This document shows positions 30,945-41,096 of a stretch of DNA of 64,000 nucleotides, one piece after another (positions within the stretch are counted from its first letter, which is position 1; every line of letters starts with the position of its first letter). Made by a program: the position numbers and the translations under genes. This DNA comes from Longimicrobiales bacterium. Its GTDB lineage: Bacteria; Gemmatimonadota; Gemmatimonadetes; Longimicrobiales; Gaopeijiaceae. The notes beneath the pieces are model-generated. The model did not search any database. It was not told the DNA's origin and worked only from the letters and a program-made list of their open reading frames with translations. The DNA lies in NCBI GenBank assembly GCA_965238005.1, contig OZ250165.1, positions 32,001 to 96,000 on the forward strand. Reading direction: 5' to 3'.

Positions 30945-31268
30945 TCAGTCCTCCGGCTCGACGACCACGGCAGTCCCGTAACAGAGCATCTCGGCCGCGC
31001 CCGTTTGGATCATTGAAGTCTGGAAGCGGAGGCTCAGCACCGCGTTGCCTCCGAGGGCCTCGGCCTCTTCCACCAGCCGGTCGATGGCCTGCTCCCGCGC
31101 CTCGGCCAGCATCTTCGTGTACTCGTGGATCTCGCCACCGGCCAGGTTCCGCAGGACCGCCATGACGTCCTTGCCCACGTGACGTGCTCGAATGGTGTTT
31201 CCCCGAACGAGCCCCAGCATGCGCACGACCCTCATCCCGGCGATGTCGGGTGTGGTGACGACGATCAT
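30945..31268 (-). CDS. YbjQ/UPF0145 family protein
   Basis: MIVVTT..., LGLVRG, GGEIHEYTKML, YGTAV. Confidence 0.92.
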   Translation of the reverse strand: MIVVTTPDIAGMRVVRMLGLVRGNTIRARHVGKDVMAVLRNLAGGEIHEYTKMLAEAREQAIDRLVEEAEALGGNAVLSLRFQTSMIQTGAAEMLCYGTAVVVEPED

Positions 31269-31684
31269 CTGTAGACGTCCCGGTAGGGATCGGTGAGCCA
31301 CTCCTTGTAGCGCTCGTAGATGACGCTGACGAAGAGGAACAGGATGCCCACGCCGATAGCCGAGGTGGCCAGCTTCTCCCAGGGATCGATGGCGGACACC
31401 AGGTACAGGTAGGACCCGTAAGTGGCCCAGACCGTGAATCCGACCAGGACGAGGAGCCAACCGATGGGTCGCGTCAGTCGCCTGTGCACCACGCTCCAGA
31501 CCGAATCGTCCCGGCTGAGTGTGAACGTCATGGCCTGAAGGTCCTCCTTCATGGCACCGAACACCGCCACGTCCCGCTGCAGCTCGGTGGACGCGGCGAC
31601 TGCGGACTCGACTCTTGCACGCTCCTCGGGCGCGACCTCGCCGTCGAGGTAGCGCATGAGCGTCTCGTGACTGACGCCTGTCAC
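31265..31684 (-). CDS. Putative anti-sigma factor
   Basis: LMRYLDGEV N-terminus plus two TM helices, directly downstream of an ECF sigma gene. Confidence 0.75.
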   Translation of the reverse strand: MTGVSHETLMRYLDGEVAPEERARVESAVAASTELQRDVAVFGAMKEDLQAMTFTLSRDDSVWSVVHRRLTRPIGWLLVLVGFTVWATYGSYLYLVSAIDPWEKLATSAIGVGILFLFVSVIYERYKEWLTDPYRDVYR

Positions 31685-31708
31685 GACGTGATCCTCCCGG
31701 GACCGGGT

Positions 31709-32275
31709 CTACGGATACTCAGCGTTCATCTCCAGCAGCGCAGCACGCAGGGCGTTGCGGGCGTGATATAGCCGACTGGCCACAGTGCCTTCAGGGATAT
31801 CCAGAATGCTGGCGATCTCGGCATAACGAAAGCCCTCGAGCTCCTTCAGCACGAGAATCTCCCGGTACTCCTCTCCGATTTCATGGAGCGCGTCCCAAAG
31901 GGTCTCCTGGGCTTCGCTTCGCTGTCGCAGGCGCTCGGGATTCGTCGCAGAGCCGGCGGGCCGAAGCTCGAGCCGCTCGTCCCTCGTCTGGAGGCGTCCA
32001 CGGGATTGCCGGCTGCGGATCACGTCTCGGCACTGATTCCTCAGGATCTGGAAGAACCACGGGCCGAAGGGGCGATTGGTGTCGAACCGGTGGAGCGACT
32101 CCCACGCCTTGATGAAGGCATCCTGGAGCGCGTCGCGCGCATCATCCGCGCTGCCGAGCATCCCGACGGGAAGACGAAAACCGGGCCCCTCATACGCTCG
32201 CACGAGGGGTTCGTAGAATCGGACACCGCCTGCTTTGCACGTTCGGACCAACTCTCGCTCGACCTCCGGCTGCAA
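31709..32275 (-). CDS. ECF RNA polymerase sigma factor
   Basis: DALQDAFIKAW, FGPWFFQI, YAEIASILDIPEGTVASRL. Confidence 0.92.
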   Translation of the reverse strand: MQPEVERELVRTCKAGGVRFYEPLVRAYEGPGFRLPVGMLGSADDARDALQDAFIKAWESLHRFDTNRPFGPWFFQILRNQCRDVIRSRQSRGRLQTRDERLELRPAGSATNPERLRQRSEAQETLWDALHEIGEEYREILVLKELEGFRYAEIASILDIPEGTVASRLYHARNALRAALLEMNAEYP

Positions 32276-32383
32276 CGCGTCTCCTCGCTCCTTGACCCTT
32301 GAGTACGGTGGCCGGTCGGAATCTCTTCATTATGGTGGGGAGGCGGCAAGCAGGAGGGGCAAGCACATCGCTTCTGCCAACCG

Positions 32384-33571
32384 TCAGCTCACCAGCCCGG
32401 AAAGGGTGCTCGCGAGCTCTTCGATCTCTTCCTCGGTGTTGTAGTAGTGCGGGGATACGCGCACCGCGGACTCCACCCCCTTGTCGTCGAAGTCCAGTAC
32501 GGCGTAGTCCCTCATGGTGACGTGGGTGCTGATCCCCGCCTCGGCGAGGGACGAGACCAGCTCGGCCGCGTGGCGTCTCTCCGCCGACACCGTAACGATG
32601 GCGCACCGCTCCAGTCCGCGGTCGAGGACCTGCAGGGTGTCGATCTCGGCCAGGCGATCGCGGGCCAGGGCTGCCAGAGCCCAGGCGCGATCCCGAATGG
32701 CCTCGAGTCCCAGGTCGAGGGCGTACTCGGCGGCCCGGCCCATGCCCAGGACCAGGGCGTAGGGGAACTCCCAGTTCTCGAAGCGCTGAGCTCCGGGAGC
32801 CGGCTGGTACAGATCTGCCTCGATCCAGTCGGCGCCACGCATGTCCGGAAAGAGCGGCTCGAGCCCCATGTCCAACGCCCGATCGGACACGTACAGGAAC
32901 CCCACCCCCCGGGGACCGCGCAGGAACTTCCGGGCCGTGGCGGAGAGAAAGTCACACCCGATCTCCTCCACGTCCACGGGCATCTGCCCCACCGACTGGC
33001 AGGCGTCGACGAGGTACAGGATGTCGCGCTGCCGGCACATGTCTCCCACGTCGGCGACCTTCTGTACCAGCCCGGAGTTGGTGGGGATGTGGGTCACCGC
33101 CACGAGCTTCGGCCGGCGCCGGTGGATCACCTCCTCCATGGCCATCACGTCGACTCCACCCGACGGGTCCTCGGGCGCCCTCACCAGCTCGATGCCGATT
33201 CGGCTCTGGAGCGACAGATACATGATCTGGTTGGAGATATAGTCGTTCCGGGTGGTGACGATCACGTCTCCGGGGGCGAGGGGGACCGAGGACAGGGCCT
33301 GGATGAACGAGGCCGTAGCATTCTCGGTGATGGCTATGTTCTCGGGGTCCGCCCCGATGAGCGAGCCCAGGGCCTCGTAGGCGGCCGCGATCTCGGCCTT
33401 CTTCTCGTCGGAGGCCTCATAGCCGCCGATCCGGGCCTCGAGCTCCAGGTGTTCCGTCACGGTATGCAGAACCGGCTCGGGCACGAGGCCGGCACCGGCG
33501 TTGTTGAGGTGGTTTCTGTGTCGGCAGCCCGGGGTCTCGGCCCTCAGCTTCTCGACGTCCAGAGGGGGCAT
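32384..33571 (-). CDS. Class V PLP-dependent aminotransferase / C-S lyase
   Basis: HLNNAG, DACQSVG, ATARKFLRGPRG, VRVSPHYYN. Confidence 0.9.
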   Translation of the reverse strand: MPPLDVEKLRAETPGCRHRNHLNNAGAGLVPEPVLHTVTEHLELEARIGGYEASDEKKAEIAAAYEALGSLIGADPENIAITENATASFIQALSSVPLAPGDVIVTTRNDYISNQIMYLSLQSRIGIELVRAPEDPSGGVDVMAMEEVIHRRRPKLVAVTHIPTNSGLVQKVADVGDMCRQRDILYLVDACQSVGQMPVDVEEIGCDFLSATARKFLRGPRGVGFLYVSDRALDMGLEPLFPDMRGADWIEADLYQPAPGAQRFENWEFPYALVLGMGRAAEYALDLGLEAIRDRAWALAALARDRLAEIDTLQVLDRGLERCAIVTVSAERRHAAELVSSLAEAGISTHVTMRDYAVLDFDDKGVESAVRVSPHYYNTEEEIEELASTLSGLVS

Positions 33572-33740
33572 GCTCTCTCCGATCCTGTGTGGTATTCCTG
33601 CTTCGGCGTGGTGCCATCACGGTCATCGGGGCCGAGATACACCGAGAACCTCGAGAAGTGACTCGACCATGCTCACGCCGGCCACCCCTTGCAGATTGGA
33701 TCCAGTTCGATCATACTCGGCCCTCCTGCCAATCCGACCT

Positions 33741-35561
33741 GTGTCTGACGCGAATCCCACACTGCGCTTCGATTTTCGTCCCGACTGTGCGGACGACCCG
33801 CAGCGTCCTCTCGTCTTTCGCGATCCGCTAGAAGTGGTGACCGCCTCCGAGCTCGAAGATGTGTTACCGGCGCTCGATCGAGTGGAGGCCGCGACGGACG
33901 CGGGGCGATGGGCGGCCGGTTTCGTTGCGTACGAGGCGGCGCCTGCGTTTGATTCTGCGCTGCGAGCCAAACGGATGCGTTCCGTTCCCCTACTCTGGTT
34001 CGGACTCTTCGAGGCGCCCACGAGTGCTGCCGAGTCCGACTCCGGGCTGGAGAGCGGAACGAGCTCGAGCAGCGACGCGTCGGGCTTCCATCTGGGTGAG
34101 TGGGAGCCCGACGTCGAACCATCGGAGTACCACCGCGCTATCGGCCTCATTCGGAGCGCCATCGGCGCCGGTTCTACATATCAGGTCAACTACACGCTTC
34201 GTATGGGTGCTCCTTTTCGCGGGGATCCGCTGGCTCTTTACCGCCGGCTCCGTGCGGCCCAAGGTCCGGCGTACTCTGCTTACTTGGATGTTGGGCGGTT
34301 CAAGGTTCTTTCCGCATCACCGGAGCTCTTCTTTCGGCGGCGTGGGGCTCAGGTCACCTGCAGACCAATGAAGGGCACGGCACGGCGGGGTCGCTGGGCC
34401 GAAGAGGACGCCGCAGCTCGAAGCGAGTTGCTCGCCTCGGAGAAGGAACGCGCCGAGAACGCCATGATCGTCGATCTCATCCGGAGTGACTTGGGGCGGA
34501 TCAGCGAGTACGGCTCGGTTCGTGCGAGCAAGGTCTTCAAGGTGGAGCCCTACCGGACCGTCCATCAGATGACGAGCACTATCGAGGGCACGGCGAGGAC
34601 GGGAACCTCGCTCACGGACCTGTTCCGGGCCCTCTTTCCTTGCGGATCCGTCATCGGGGCGCCGAAGATCTCCACGACGAGCTTCATCGCTGATCTCGAG
34701 CGCGAGCCGCGCGGCGTGTACTGCGGAGCTATAGGGTACGTCGCGCCGCACGGTGACTGTGTCTTCAACGTGGCGATCCGTACTGCCGTAGTGGATCTCG
34801 ACCGAGAGGTTGTTGAGTACGGAGTGGGGGGAGGCATCACCTGGGATTCTTGCCCGGAAGGCGAGTATGCCGAAATGCTGGCGAAGGCGGAGATCCTCCG
34901 CGTCGAATGGCCCGAGTTCTCGCTCCTGGAGACGATTGGCGCGGACTCCGACGGCCCAATACGGCTGGCCGCCCATCTAGCGCGGATGGGAGCGTCGGCC
35001 GAGTATTTCGGGTACGAGTTTGATTCAGCTCGCGTGCGGAGAGCGATAGTGGACGGGTGGGGAGAGGCGCAGGCCGCCTGTGCGGGAGCGTGTAGGATCC
35101 GCGCCCTCTCCGACGCTTTTGGCCGGATCTCGGTCGAGGTGCGTTGCTTGGAAGATGACGGGCGGAATCCCTCGGCTGCGCGGGCGGGGTTCGCGAGCCG
35201 TCCCGTTGCCAGCACCGATGTCTTCCTCTTCCACAAGACTACGCACCGCGCGGTCTATGAAGCCCGAGCTGCGGAGCATCCGGAGTTCTTCGATGTCCTG
35301 CTCGTCAACGAGGAAGGCTGCGTCACCGAGTTTACGCGGGGCAACCTGGTCGCCGAGATCGACGGCGTGGCCTGGACCCCTCCGCGGCACTGCGGCCTCC
35401 TGGGCGGAGTGTTTCGGGGCGAACTACTTTCCGAGGGCCGGCTTCAGGAGCGATGCCTGACCCCTCTCGACGTCAGGCGGGCTTCTCGCGTGTGGCTGAT
35501 CAACTCGGTCCGGGAATGGGTCGAGATCGAGATTGTCAGCTCCGCCGTGGACGTCTCCTAG
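33741..35561 (+). CDS. pabB: Aminodeoxychorismate synthase component I fused to a PabC-like lyase domain
   Basis: YQVNYT, SPELF, RPMKGT, KERAENAMIVDL, GAPK, FNVAIRT; C-terminal FHKTT...GLLGGVFR...NSVR; start uncertain. Confidence 0.9.
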   Translation: MSDANPTLRFDFRPDCADDPQRPLVFRDPLEVVTASELEDVLPALDRVEAATDAGRWAAGFVAYEAAPAFDSALRAKRMRSVPLLWFGLFEAPTSAAESDSGLESGTSSSSDASGFHLGEWEPDVEPSEYHRAIGLIRSAIGAGSTYQVNYTLRMGAPFRGDPLALYRRLRAAQGPAYSAYLDVGRFKVLSASPELFFRRRGAQVTCRPMKGTARRGRWAEEDAAARSELLASEKERAENAMIVDLIRSDLGRISEYGSVRASKVFKVEPYRTVHQMTSTIEGTARTGTSLTDLFRALFPCGSVIGAPKISTTSFIADLEREPRGVYCGAIGYVAPHGDCVFNVAIRTAVVDLDREVVEYGVGGGITWDSCPEGEYAEMLAKAEILRVEWPEFSLLETIGADSDGPIRLAAHLARMGASAEYFGYEFDSARVRRAIVDGWGEAQAACAGACRIRALSDAFGRISVEVRCLEDDGRNPSAARAGFASRPVASTDVFLFHKTTHRAVYEARAAEHPEFFDVLLVNEEGCVTEFTRGNLVAEIDGVAWTPPRHCGLLGGVFRGELLSEGRLQERCLTPLDVRRASRVWLINSVREWVEIEIVSSAVDVS

Positions 35562-35684
35562 GGGAGAGGATAGGGCGATGCACGGGCCGTCCAATCGGGC
35601 CAGTAGTCACCCGCCGGGTTCGTGGTGAGCCGCCGCTGGTCGCTGCCGTCGGCGTTCACCACGTAGATCTCGAAGTTGCTGTCC
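35558..35684 (-). pseudogene. TolB/PD40-repeat protein C-terminal fragment
   Basis: Manual translation DSNFEIYVVNADGSDQRRLTTNPAGDYWPDW...stop. Confidence 0.6.
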
Positions 35685-35757
35685 CGGGGGAGGCTGGCAC
35701 TGGGTCGGACGTGAACATAACGAACAAGGATATATGAAGGGAGGACGGACGACCCGA

Positions 35758-35828
35758 CGCTGCCTGACCTTCCTCGAGGTCTGCAGGGCCTCCCGCGTGT
35801 GGCTGATCAACTCGGTCCGGGAGTGGGT
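35758..35828 (+). repeat. Diverged duplicate of the pabB 3' end (35451-35521)
   Basis: Encodes RCLT.L.V.RASRVWLINSVREWV; shares a 29-bp identical core CGCGTGTGGCTGATCAACTCGGTCCGGGA. Confidence 0.85.
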
Positions 35829-36141
35829 GGGCTATGGCCGCGACCCCGGGCGAGGCGGGCACCGGTTCAGATCGAGCGCGTGGAGCTGTAAAGGTCTTAG
35901 TCCCGAGCTGGGCCGACTCCGCTCGCTGGCGGCAGCGGACGGAACGTGACTTCCACGCCGGCCTCATCCAGACGGCACCACGACTCTCTCGGGGATGGCG
36001 ATCCGCATGATCGGTGCGGGTGCCCCGGGGTGCCGGGCAGGTTCTGTAATATACCCCGCTCTACCGGAGCCACGCAACGCCGGGAGGGCCGCGTCGCTCG
36101 TATCGTGAGGACTGTCCGCACCCCTCGGGATTCGCCACGTT

Positions 36142-38232
36142 ATGACGCCGCGTTTCCCACCTGGAGTTGGAGTTTCATTGACCCGAGGCACGCCGGACAA
36201 CCCCAGGGGACCGTCCCCGGACCAGGGCGAAGACGTGGAGCGCCGGCTCGAGGCTCTCCGAGAGGAGCTTCGACGGCACTCCCATCTCTATTACGTCGAG
36301 TCTCGACCGGAGATCGACGACGCGCAGTTCGATCGCCTGTACGCCGAGCTCCTCGCTCTGGAGGCTGCTCACCCACACCTGGTCACGCCTGACTCCCCTT
36401 CCCAGCGAGTCGCTGGCGAGCCCAAGAGCGAGCTTTCCGCGGCGGAGCATACGGCACCGATGCTCTCTCTGGACTCCACCCAGGACAGCGACGAGGTGCG
36501 TCGCTTCGACGAGCGTGTGCGCAAGGGTCTGGAGAGCGAGCCGGAGTATCTTTTGGAGCCGAAGCTGGACGGGGCCTCCATCGAGCTCGTCTACGAGAAC
36601 GGCCTGTTCGTGCGTGCCGTCACGAGGGGAAACGGTCACACGGGAGAGGTCGTCACCGAGAACGTGAGGACCATCTCCAGCGTGCCGCTGGGCCTGCTGG
36701 AGCACGCCCGAGCGGCGCCCGAGCTGCTGGCTATCCGGGGCGAGGTGATCATGTACCTCTCGGCCTTCGAAGCCCTCAACGAGCGCATGGTGGAGCAGGG
36801 CTCAGAGCCCTACGTGAATCCCCGGAACTCCGCGTCCGGATCTCTCCGCCAGCTGGACCCACGGGTGACCGCCGGAAGACCCCTCGACGTCCTGGCTTAC
36901 GACATCCTCATGCTGCGGGGGTCCCAAGTCACGTCGGACCATGAGGGGGTGCAGGCGCTACGGGACTGGGGCTTCAGGACACCGGATCGGGTGAAGCGGG
37001 TGACCACGGTCGAAGAAATCATCGAGTATCACCGGAGCTTCGAGGAGGACCGAGACGACCTCGACTACGAGATCGACGGAGTGGTCATCAAGCTGAACGA
37101 TCTGGACGCGCGGGAGGATCTGGGCGCCACGTCCCACCACCCCCGTTGGGCCCTGGCCTTCAAGTTCGAGCCGCGCAAGGAGATCACCCGCATCGAGAGG
37201 ATCGCCGTCTCGTTGGGCCGGACGGGGAAGCTCACGCCCGTGGCGTTGCTACGGCCGGTCGAGGTGGGCGGCGTGACGGTCGGGCGCGCGTCGCTCCACA
37301 ACCGTGAGGAGGTGGCCCGCAAGGACGTGCGCGAGGGCGATCTGGTGAAGATCCAGAGAGCCGGAGACGTCATCCCCCAGGTCGTCGAGCGAGTGGACGA
37401 AGACGGGCGGGAGCGTGGCGCGGTCTTCGAGATGCCGGACCGGTGCCCGGCCTGCGATACCCCGGTGAAGGAGAGCGGTCCATTCACGTACTGCCCCAAC
37501 CGCTTCGGCTGCCCGGCACAGCTCAAGAGGGGGATCATGCACTTCGGTTCACGGACGGGCCTCGACATCGAGGGACTGGGAGAGGAGACGGCCAACCTCC
37601 TGGTGGACCGCGGCTTGGTGAAGGAGCTGGCGAACCTCTTCGACCTTACGGCCGAAGACCTCGAGCGGCTGGACGGGTTCGCCGAGAGGTCGGCGGCGAA
37701 CCTGGCCGACGCCATTCAGGCCAAGAAGTCGGTAGAGCTCCATCGCTTCCTCTACGGCCTGGGCATTCCCGAGGTGGGAGCCACTGTCGCCCGGAATCTG
37801 GCTCGCCACTTCCGCAGCTTCGAAGGGGTCCAGGCCGCCGCCCTCGAGGAGCTGGAGGCCGTGGAGGGGATCGGCCCCATCATGTCGGAGCAGATCCTGA
37901 ACTTCCTGGACGACGAGCGGAATAGGGCCCGGATCCAGGCGGTTCTCGACCGGGGCATGGATCTCATCCCGCCGGAGGACGCCGGGGGTCACGCGCTGGC
38001 TGGCCAGAGGTTCGTGTTCACGGGTGGGCTCGAGGGGTTCGCCCGGTCCGAGGCCAAGCGACTCATCGAGGGTGCCGGGGGCCGCGTGGTGGGCTCCGTG
38101 AGTGGAGAGACGACCTACATGGTCGTGGGAGCCGATCCGGGATCAAAGCTGCAGAAGGCGAGGGACCTGGGCGTGACTGTCCTCACCGAACCGGAGTTTG
38201 TCGCGCTCCTCGAGGCGGAGGGGATTCTGTAA
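36142..38232 (+). CDS. ligA: NAD-dependent DNA ligase
   Basis: EPKLDG adenylation motif, NPRN, IDGVVIK, Zn finger, BRCT domain. Confidence 0.97.
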   Translation: MTPRFPPGVGVSLTRGTPDNPRGPSPDQGEDVERRLEALREELRRHSHLYYVESRPEIDDAQFDRLYAELLALEAAHPHLVTPDSPSQRVAGEPKSELSAAEHTAPMLSLDSTQDSDEVRRFDERVRKGLESEPEYLLEPKLDGASIELVYENGLFVRAVTRGNGHTGEVVTENVRTISSVPLGLLEHARAAPELLAIRGEVIMYLSAFEALNERMVEQGSEPYVNPRNSASGSLRQLDPRVTAGRPLDVLAYDILMLRGSQVTSDHEGVQALRDWGFRTPDRVKRVTTVEEIIEYHRSFEEDRDDLDYEIDGVVIKLNDLDAREDLGATSHHPRWALAFKFEPRKEITRIERIAVSLGRTGKLTPVALLRPVEVGGVTVGRASLHNREEVARKDVREGDLVKIQRAGDVIPQVVERVDEDGRERGAVFEMPDRCPACDTPVKESGPFTYCPNRFGCPAQLKRGIMHFGSRTGLDIEGLGEETANLLVDRGLVKELANLFDLTAEDLERLDGFAERSAANLADAIQAKKSVELHRFLYGLGIPEVGATVARNLARHFRSFEGVQAAALEELEAVEGIGPIMSEQILNFLDDERNRARIQAVLDRGMDLIPPEDAGGHALAGQRFVFTGGLEGFARSEAKRLIEGAGGRVVGSVSGETTYMVVGADPGSKLQKARDLGVTVLTEPEFVALLEAEGIL

Positions 38233-38235
38233 CCG

Positions 38236-40008
38236 GTGGAGAACATCGAGATCGCCGCCGTCCTGGACGAGCTCGCGGACCTGCTCGAGATCCGGGGCTC
38301 CAATCCGTTCCGCATCAGGGCCTACCGGAATGCCGTCCGCACGGTCCGGGGACTCACCCGCTCCCTGAAGTCCATGGTCGAGGCGGAGGAGGACCTCACC
38401 GACCTTTCGGCCATCGGGAAGGACATGTCCGCCCACATCGTCGAGCTCATCGCGACCGGGAGCCTTTCCCGGCTGGAGGAGCTGGCCGAAGAGATTCCCC
38501 GGTCTCTGGTCGACCTCGTGAAGCTCGACGGGGTCGGACCCAAGAAGGCGAAGAAGCTCTGGGAGTCGCTGGACGTGAAGACCGTCGACGAGCTCGAGGA
38601 GGCCCTGAACGCCGAGAAGGTGCACGCCCTGGAGGGCTTCGGAACGACGAGCGTCCAGAAGATCCTTCGCGCCATCGAGGACTTTCGTCGCTACTCCGGA
38701 CGCTTCCTCCTCTCCCAAGTGGATGACCTCATCGGACCTTTCGTCGAGCACATCAGGGAGGCGAAGGGCGTCCAGCGTATCGAGGTGGCGGGGAGCTGTC
38801 GACGCCGCAAAGAGACCATCGGTGACGTGGATCTGCTCGTACAGGCCGATCTCCCCGCTCCCGACGTCATGGAGCGCTTCACCACCTTCGGGTCCGTGGA
38901 GCGGGTGGACCTGGCGGGGGACACGCGGGGGGCCGTGGTCCTCCGGTCCGGGTTGGAGGTGGATCTCCGCGTCATCCCCCCGCGCTCCTTCGGCGCGGCC
39001 CTCCACTACTTCACGGGCTCCATGGAGCACAACGTGGCGGTCCGCCAGCTCGCGCTGAGACAGGGCCTGCGCGTCAACGAGTGGGGGGTCTTCCGCCTCC
39101 CGGAGGGTGTGGATCCGGAAGAGGTGGGCAAGGAGGATGGCGAGCGCATTGCCGGCGACACCGAGGAGTCCGTGTTCGAGGCCGTCGGTCTCACGTGGAT
39201 TCCACCCGTGGTTCGCGAGAACCGCGGAGAGATCGAGGCCGCCCGGGACGGCTCCCTTCCCGAGCTCGTCACCCTGGAGGACATCAGGGGCGATCTCCAC
39301 ATGCACTCTACCTGGAGCGACGGGAAGGCCTCCATCGAGGAGATGGCGCGGGCGTGCCGGGCGAGAGGGTATGAATACCTGGCCGTTAGCGACCACAGCC
39401 CCGCCTTGGCGATGGTCCAGGGCTTGACCCCCGAAAAGGCCCCTGAGCAGTGGGCGGAGATCGACCGAGTCCAGGAGGGACTGGACGGGATCACGATTTT
39501 CAAGAGCTTGGAAGTAGACATTCTCCGGGATGGGAGCCTCGATATGACCGACGAGGTCCTCGAGGCACTGGATGCGGTGATCGTCTCGGTGCACTCCTTG
39601 ATGGACATGGATAAAGCGACGATGACGGATCGGGTGATCCGTGCCATGCAACATCCGTCCGTGGACATCGTCGGCCATCCTACCGGGCGACTGCTCGGCC
39701 GCAGGGAGCCGTTCGAGCTCGACGTGGAGGCTGTCTTGCAGGCGGCGTCGGAGCTCGACGTCGCAGTGGAGATCAACGCGAACCCGAACCGACTCGACCT
39801 GAACGACGTCCATGCACGGCGTGCCAAGGAGCTGGGGGTCAAGGTTGTGATCAGCACCGATGCCCACTCGGTTCAGCGGCTGGATCACATCTCCTATGGC
39901 GTGGATCAGGCCCGACGTGGGTGGCTGGATAGAGAGGACGTTCTGAACACGATGACTGTGGATCAACTGCGAGACTGGATGGGGCGACGCGAGATGCGGC
40001 GGGCATGA
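38236..40008 (+). CDS. polX: DNA polymerase X / PHP 3'-5' exonuclease
   Basis: NPFRIRAY, AGSCRR, GDVDLL, VDLR, YFTGS; PHP motifs DLHMHS, SDH, TDAH. Confidence 0.95.
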   Translation: MENIEIAAVLDELADLLEIRGSNPFRIRAYRNAVRTVRGLTRSLKSMVEAEEDLTDLSAIGKDMSAHIVELIATGSLSRLEELAEEIPRSLVDLVKLDGVGPKKAKKLWESLDVKTVDELEEALNAEKVHALEGFGTTSVQKILRAIEDFRRYSGRFLLSQVDDLIGPFVEHIREAKGVQRIEVAGSCRRRKETIGDVDLLVQADLPAPDVMERFTTFGSVERVDLAGDTRGAVVLRSGLEVDLRVIPPRSFGAALHYFTGSMEHNVAVRQLALRQGLRVNEWGVFRLPEGVDPEEVGKEDGERIAGDTEESVFEAVGLTWIPPVVRENRGEIEAARDGSLPELVTLEDIRGDLHMHSTWSDGKASIEEMARACRARGYEYLAVSDHSPALAMVQGLTPEKAPEQWAEIDRVQEGLDGITIFKSLEVDILRDGSLDMTDEVLEALDAVIVSVHSLMDMDKATMTDRVIRAMQHPSVDIVGHPTGRLLGRREPFELDVEAVLQAASELDVAVEINANPNRLDLNDVHARRAKELGVKVVISTDAHSVQRLDHISYGVDQARRGWLDREDVLNTMTVDQLRDWMGRREMRRA

Positions 40009-40961
40009 CCCGGGAGGTCCTACTCTTCATCGGCGGTGTGGGCGTCCTCTACTTCGGCGCCGAGTGGCTCGTGCGGGGCAGTGTCCGCCTCGCCACATCG
40101 CTGGGAGTGAGCCCCATCGTCCTCGGGCTCACCGTGGTTTCCATGGGGACGTCCGCTCCGGAGCTTGTGGTCTCCGTCGTGGCGGCGGTGGGCGGCCACG
40201 GCGACCTGGCCATAGGCAACGTCATGGGGTCGAATCTCGCTAACATCGGCCTCGTCCTCGGTATCAGCGCCATCATGAGGCCGCTGAACGTCTCGGGACG
40301 CGTCGTAACCCGCGAGGTGCCCGTGATGCTGATCATCACGGCGCTCCTCCTGCCGGTGATCTGGGATCTGCGCATCGGACGCCTGGAGGGGATCGCCCTT
40401 CTGGGGGTTCTCGGCGGCTACCTGTGGTTCGTCTTCAGGACGGCGAAGGAGGAAGACGATGCGGTACTGGGTGAGTACGAGCAGTTCGCCAGGGAGGCCG
40501 CGGGACTGACGCCGTGGGCGACGGCGCGGGAACTCGCCCTCATCACCATGGGGATCATGGGGCTCGTCATGGGCGCCTTCGCCATCCGCGAGTCGGCCCT
40601 CGCCCTCGCCGAGGCCATGGGCATCTCGGAGCTGGTGATCGGCCTCACGCTGGTCTCCATCGCGACTTCGCTGCCCGAACTCGCCACGTCCATCGTCGCT
40701 ACGTTTAGGGACGAGGCGGACATCGCCGTCGGCAACGTGATCGGCTCGAACGTCTTCAACATCGCCGCCATCCTCGGCATCACGGCGACGATCACGCCGC
40801 TACCCGTGAATCCTCAGGTTCTGAGCCTCGAGTTCCCGGCGGTGGTCATCATGTCGGTTCTGCTCATCCCCATCGTGCGGGCCAACCTCACCATCCGGCG
40901 AGCCGAAGGGATCGTCCTGTTGGGGAGCTACCTGGCCCTGGGCGCGTGGATCCTACTCTGA
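40005..40961 (+). CDS. Calcium/sodium antiporter (YrbG/CaCA family)
   Basis: Two alpha repeats GTSAPE...GNVMGSN and ATSLPE...GNVIGSN. Confidence 0.93.
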   Translation: MTREVLLFIGGVGVLYFGAEWLVRGSVRLATSLGVSPIVLGLTVVSMGTSAPELVVSVVAAVGGHGDLAIGNVMGSNLANIGLVLGISAIMRPLNVSGRVVTREVPVMLIITALLLPVIWDLRIGRLEGIALLGVLGGYLWFVFRTAKEEDDAVLGEYEQFAREAAGLTPWATARELALITMGIMGLVMGAFAIRESALALAEAMGISELVIGLTLVSIATSLPELATSIVATFRDEADIAVGNVIGSNVFNIAAILGITATITPLPVNPQVLSLEFPAVVIMSVLLIPIVRANLTIRRAEGIVLLGSYLALGAWILL

Positions 40962-41096
40962 GCTCTTCACGCGGATCCGGCTTCCGACGAGTGACGATCC
41001 GGTAACGGTCGACGGCGCCGCCCCTTTTCCCTAACGTTCCTGCCTTCGACGTCTGGAAGTGATCCCCCTCGAGACACGCCAAGGAGCATCGAGTCC

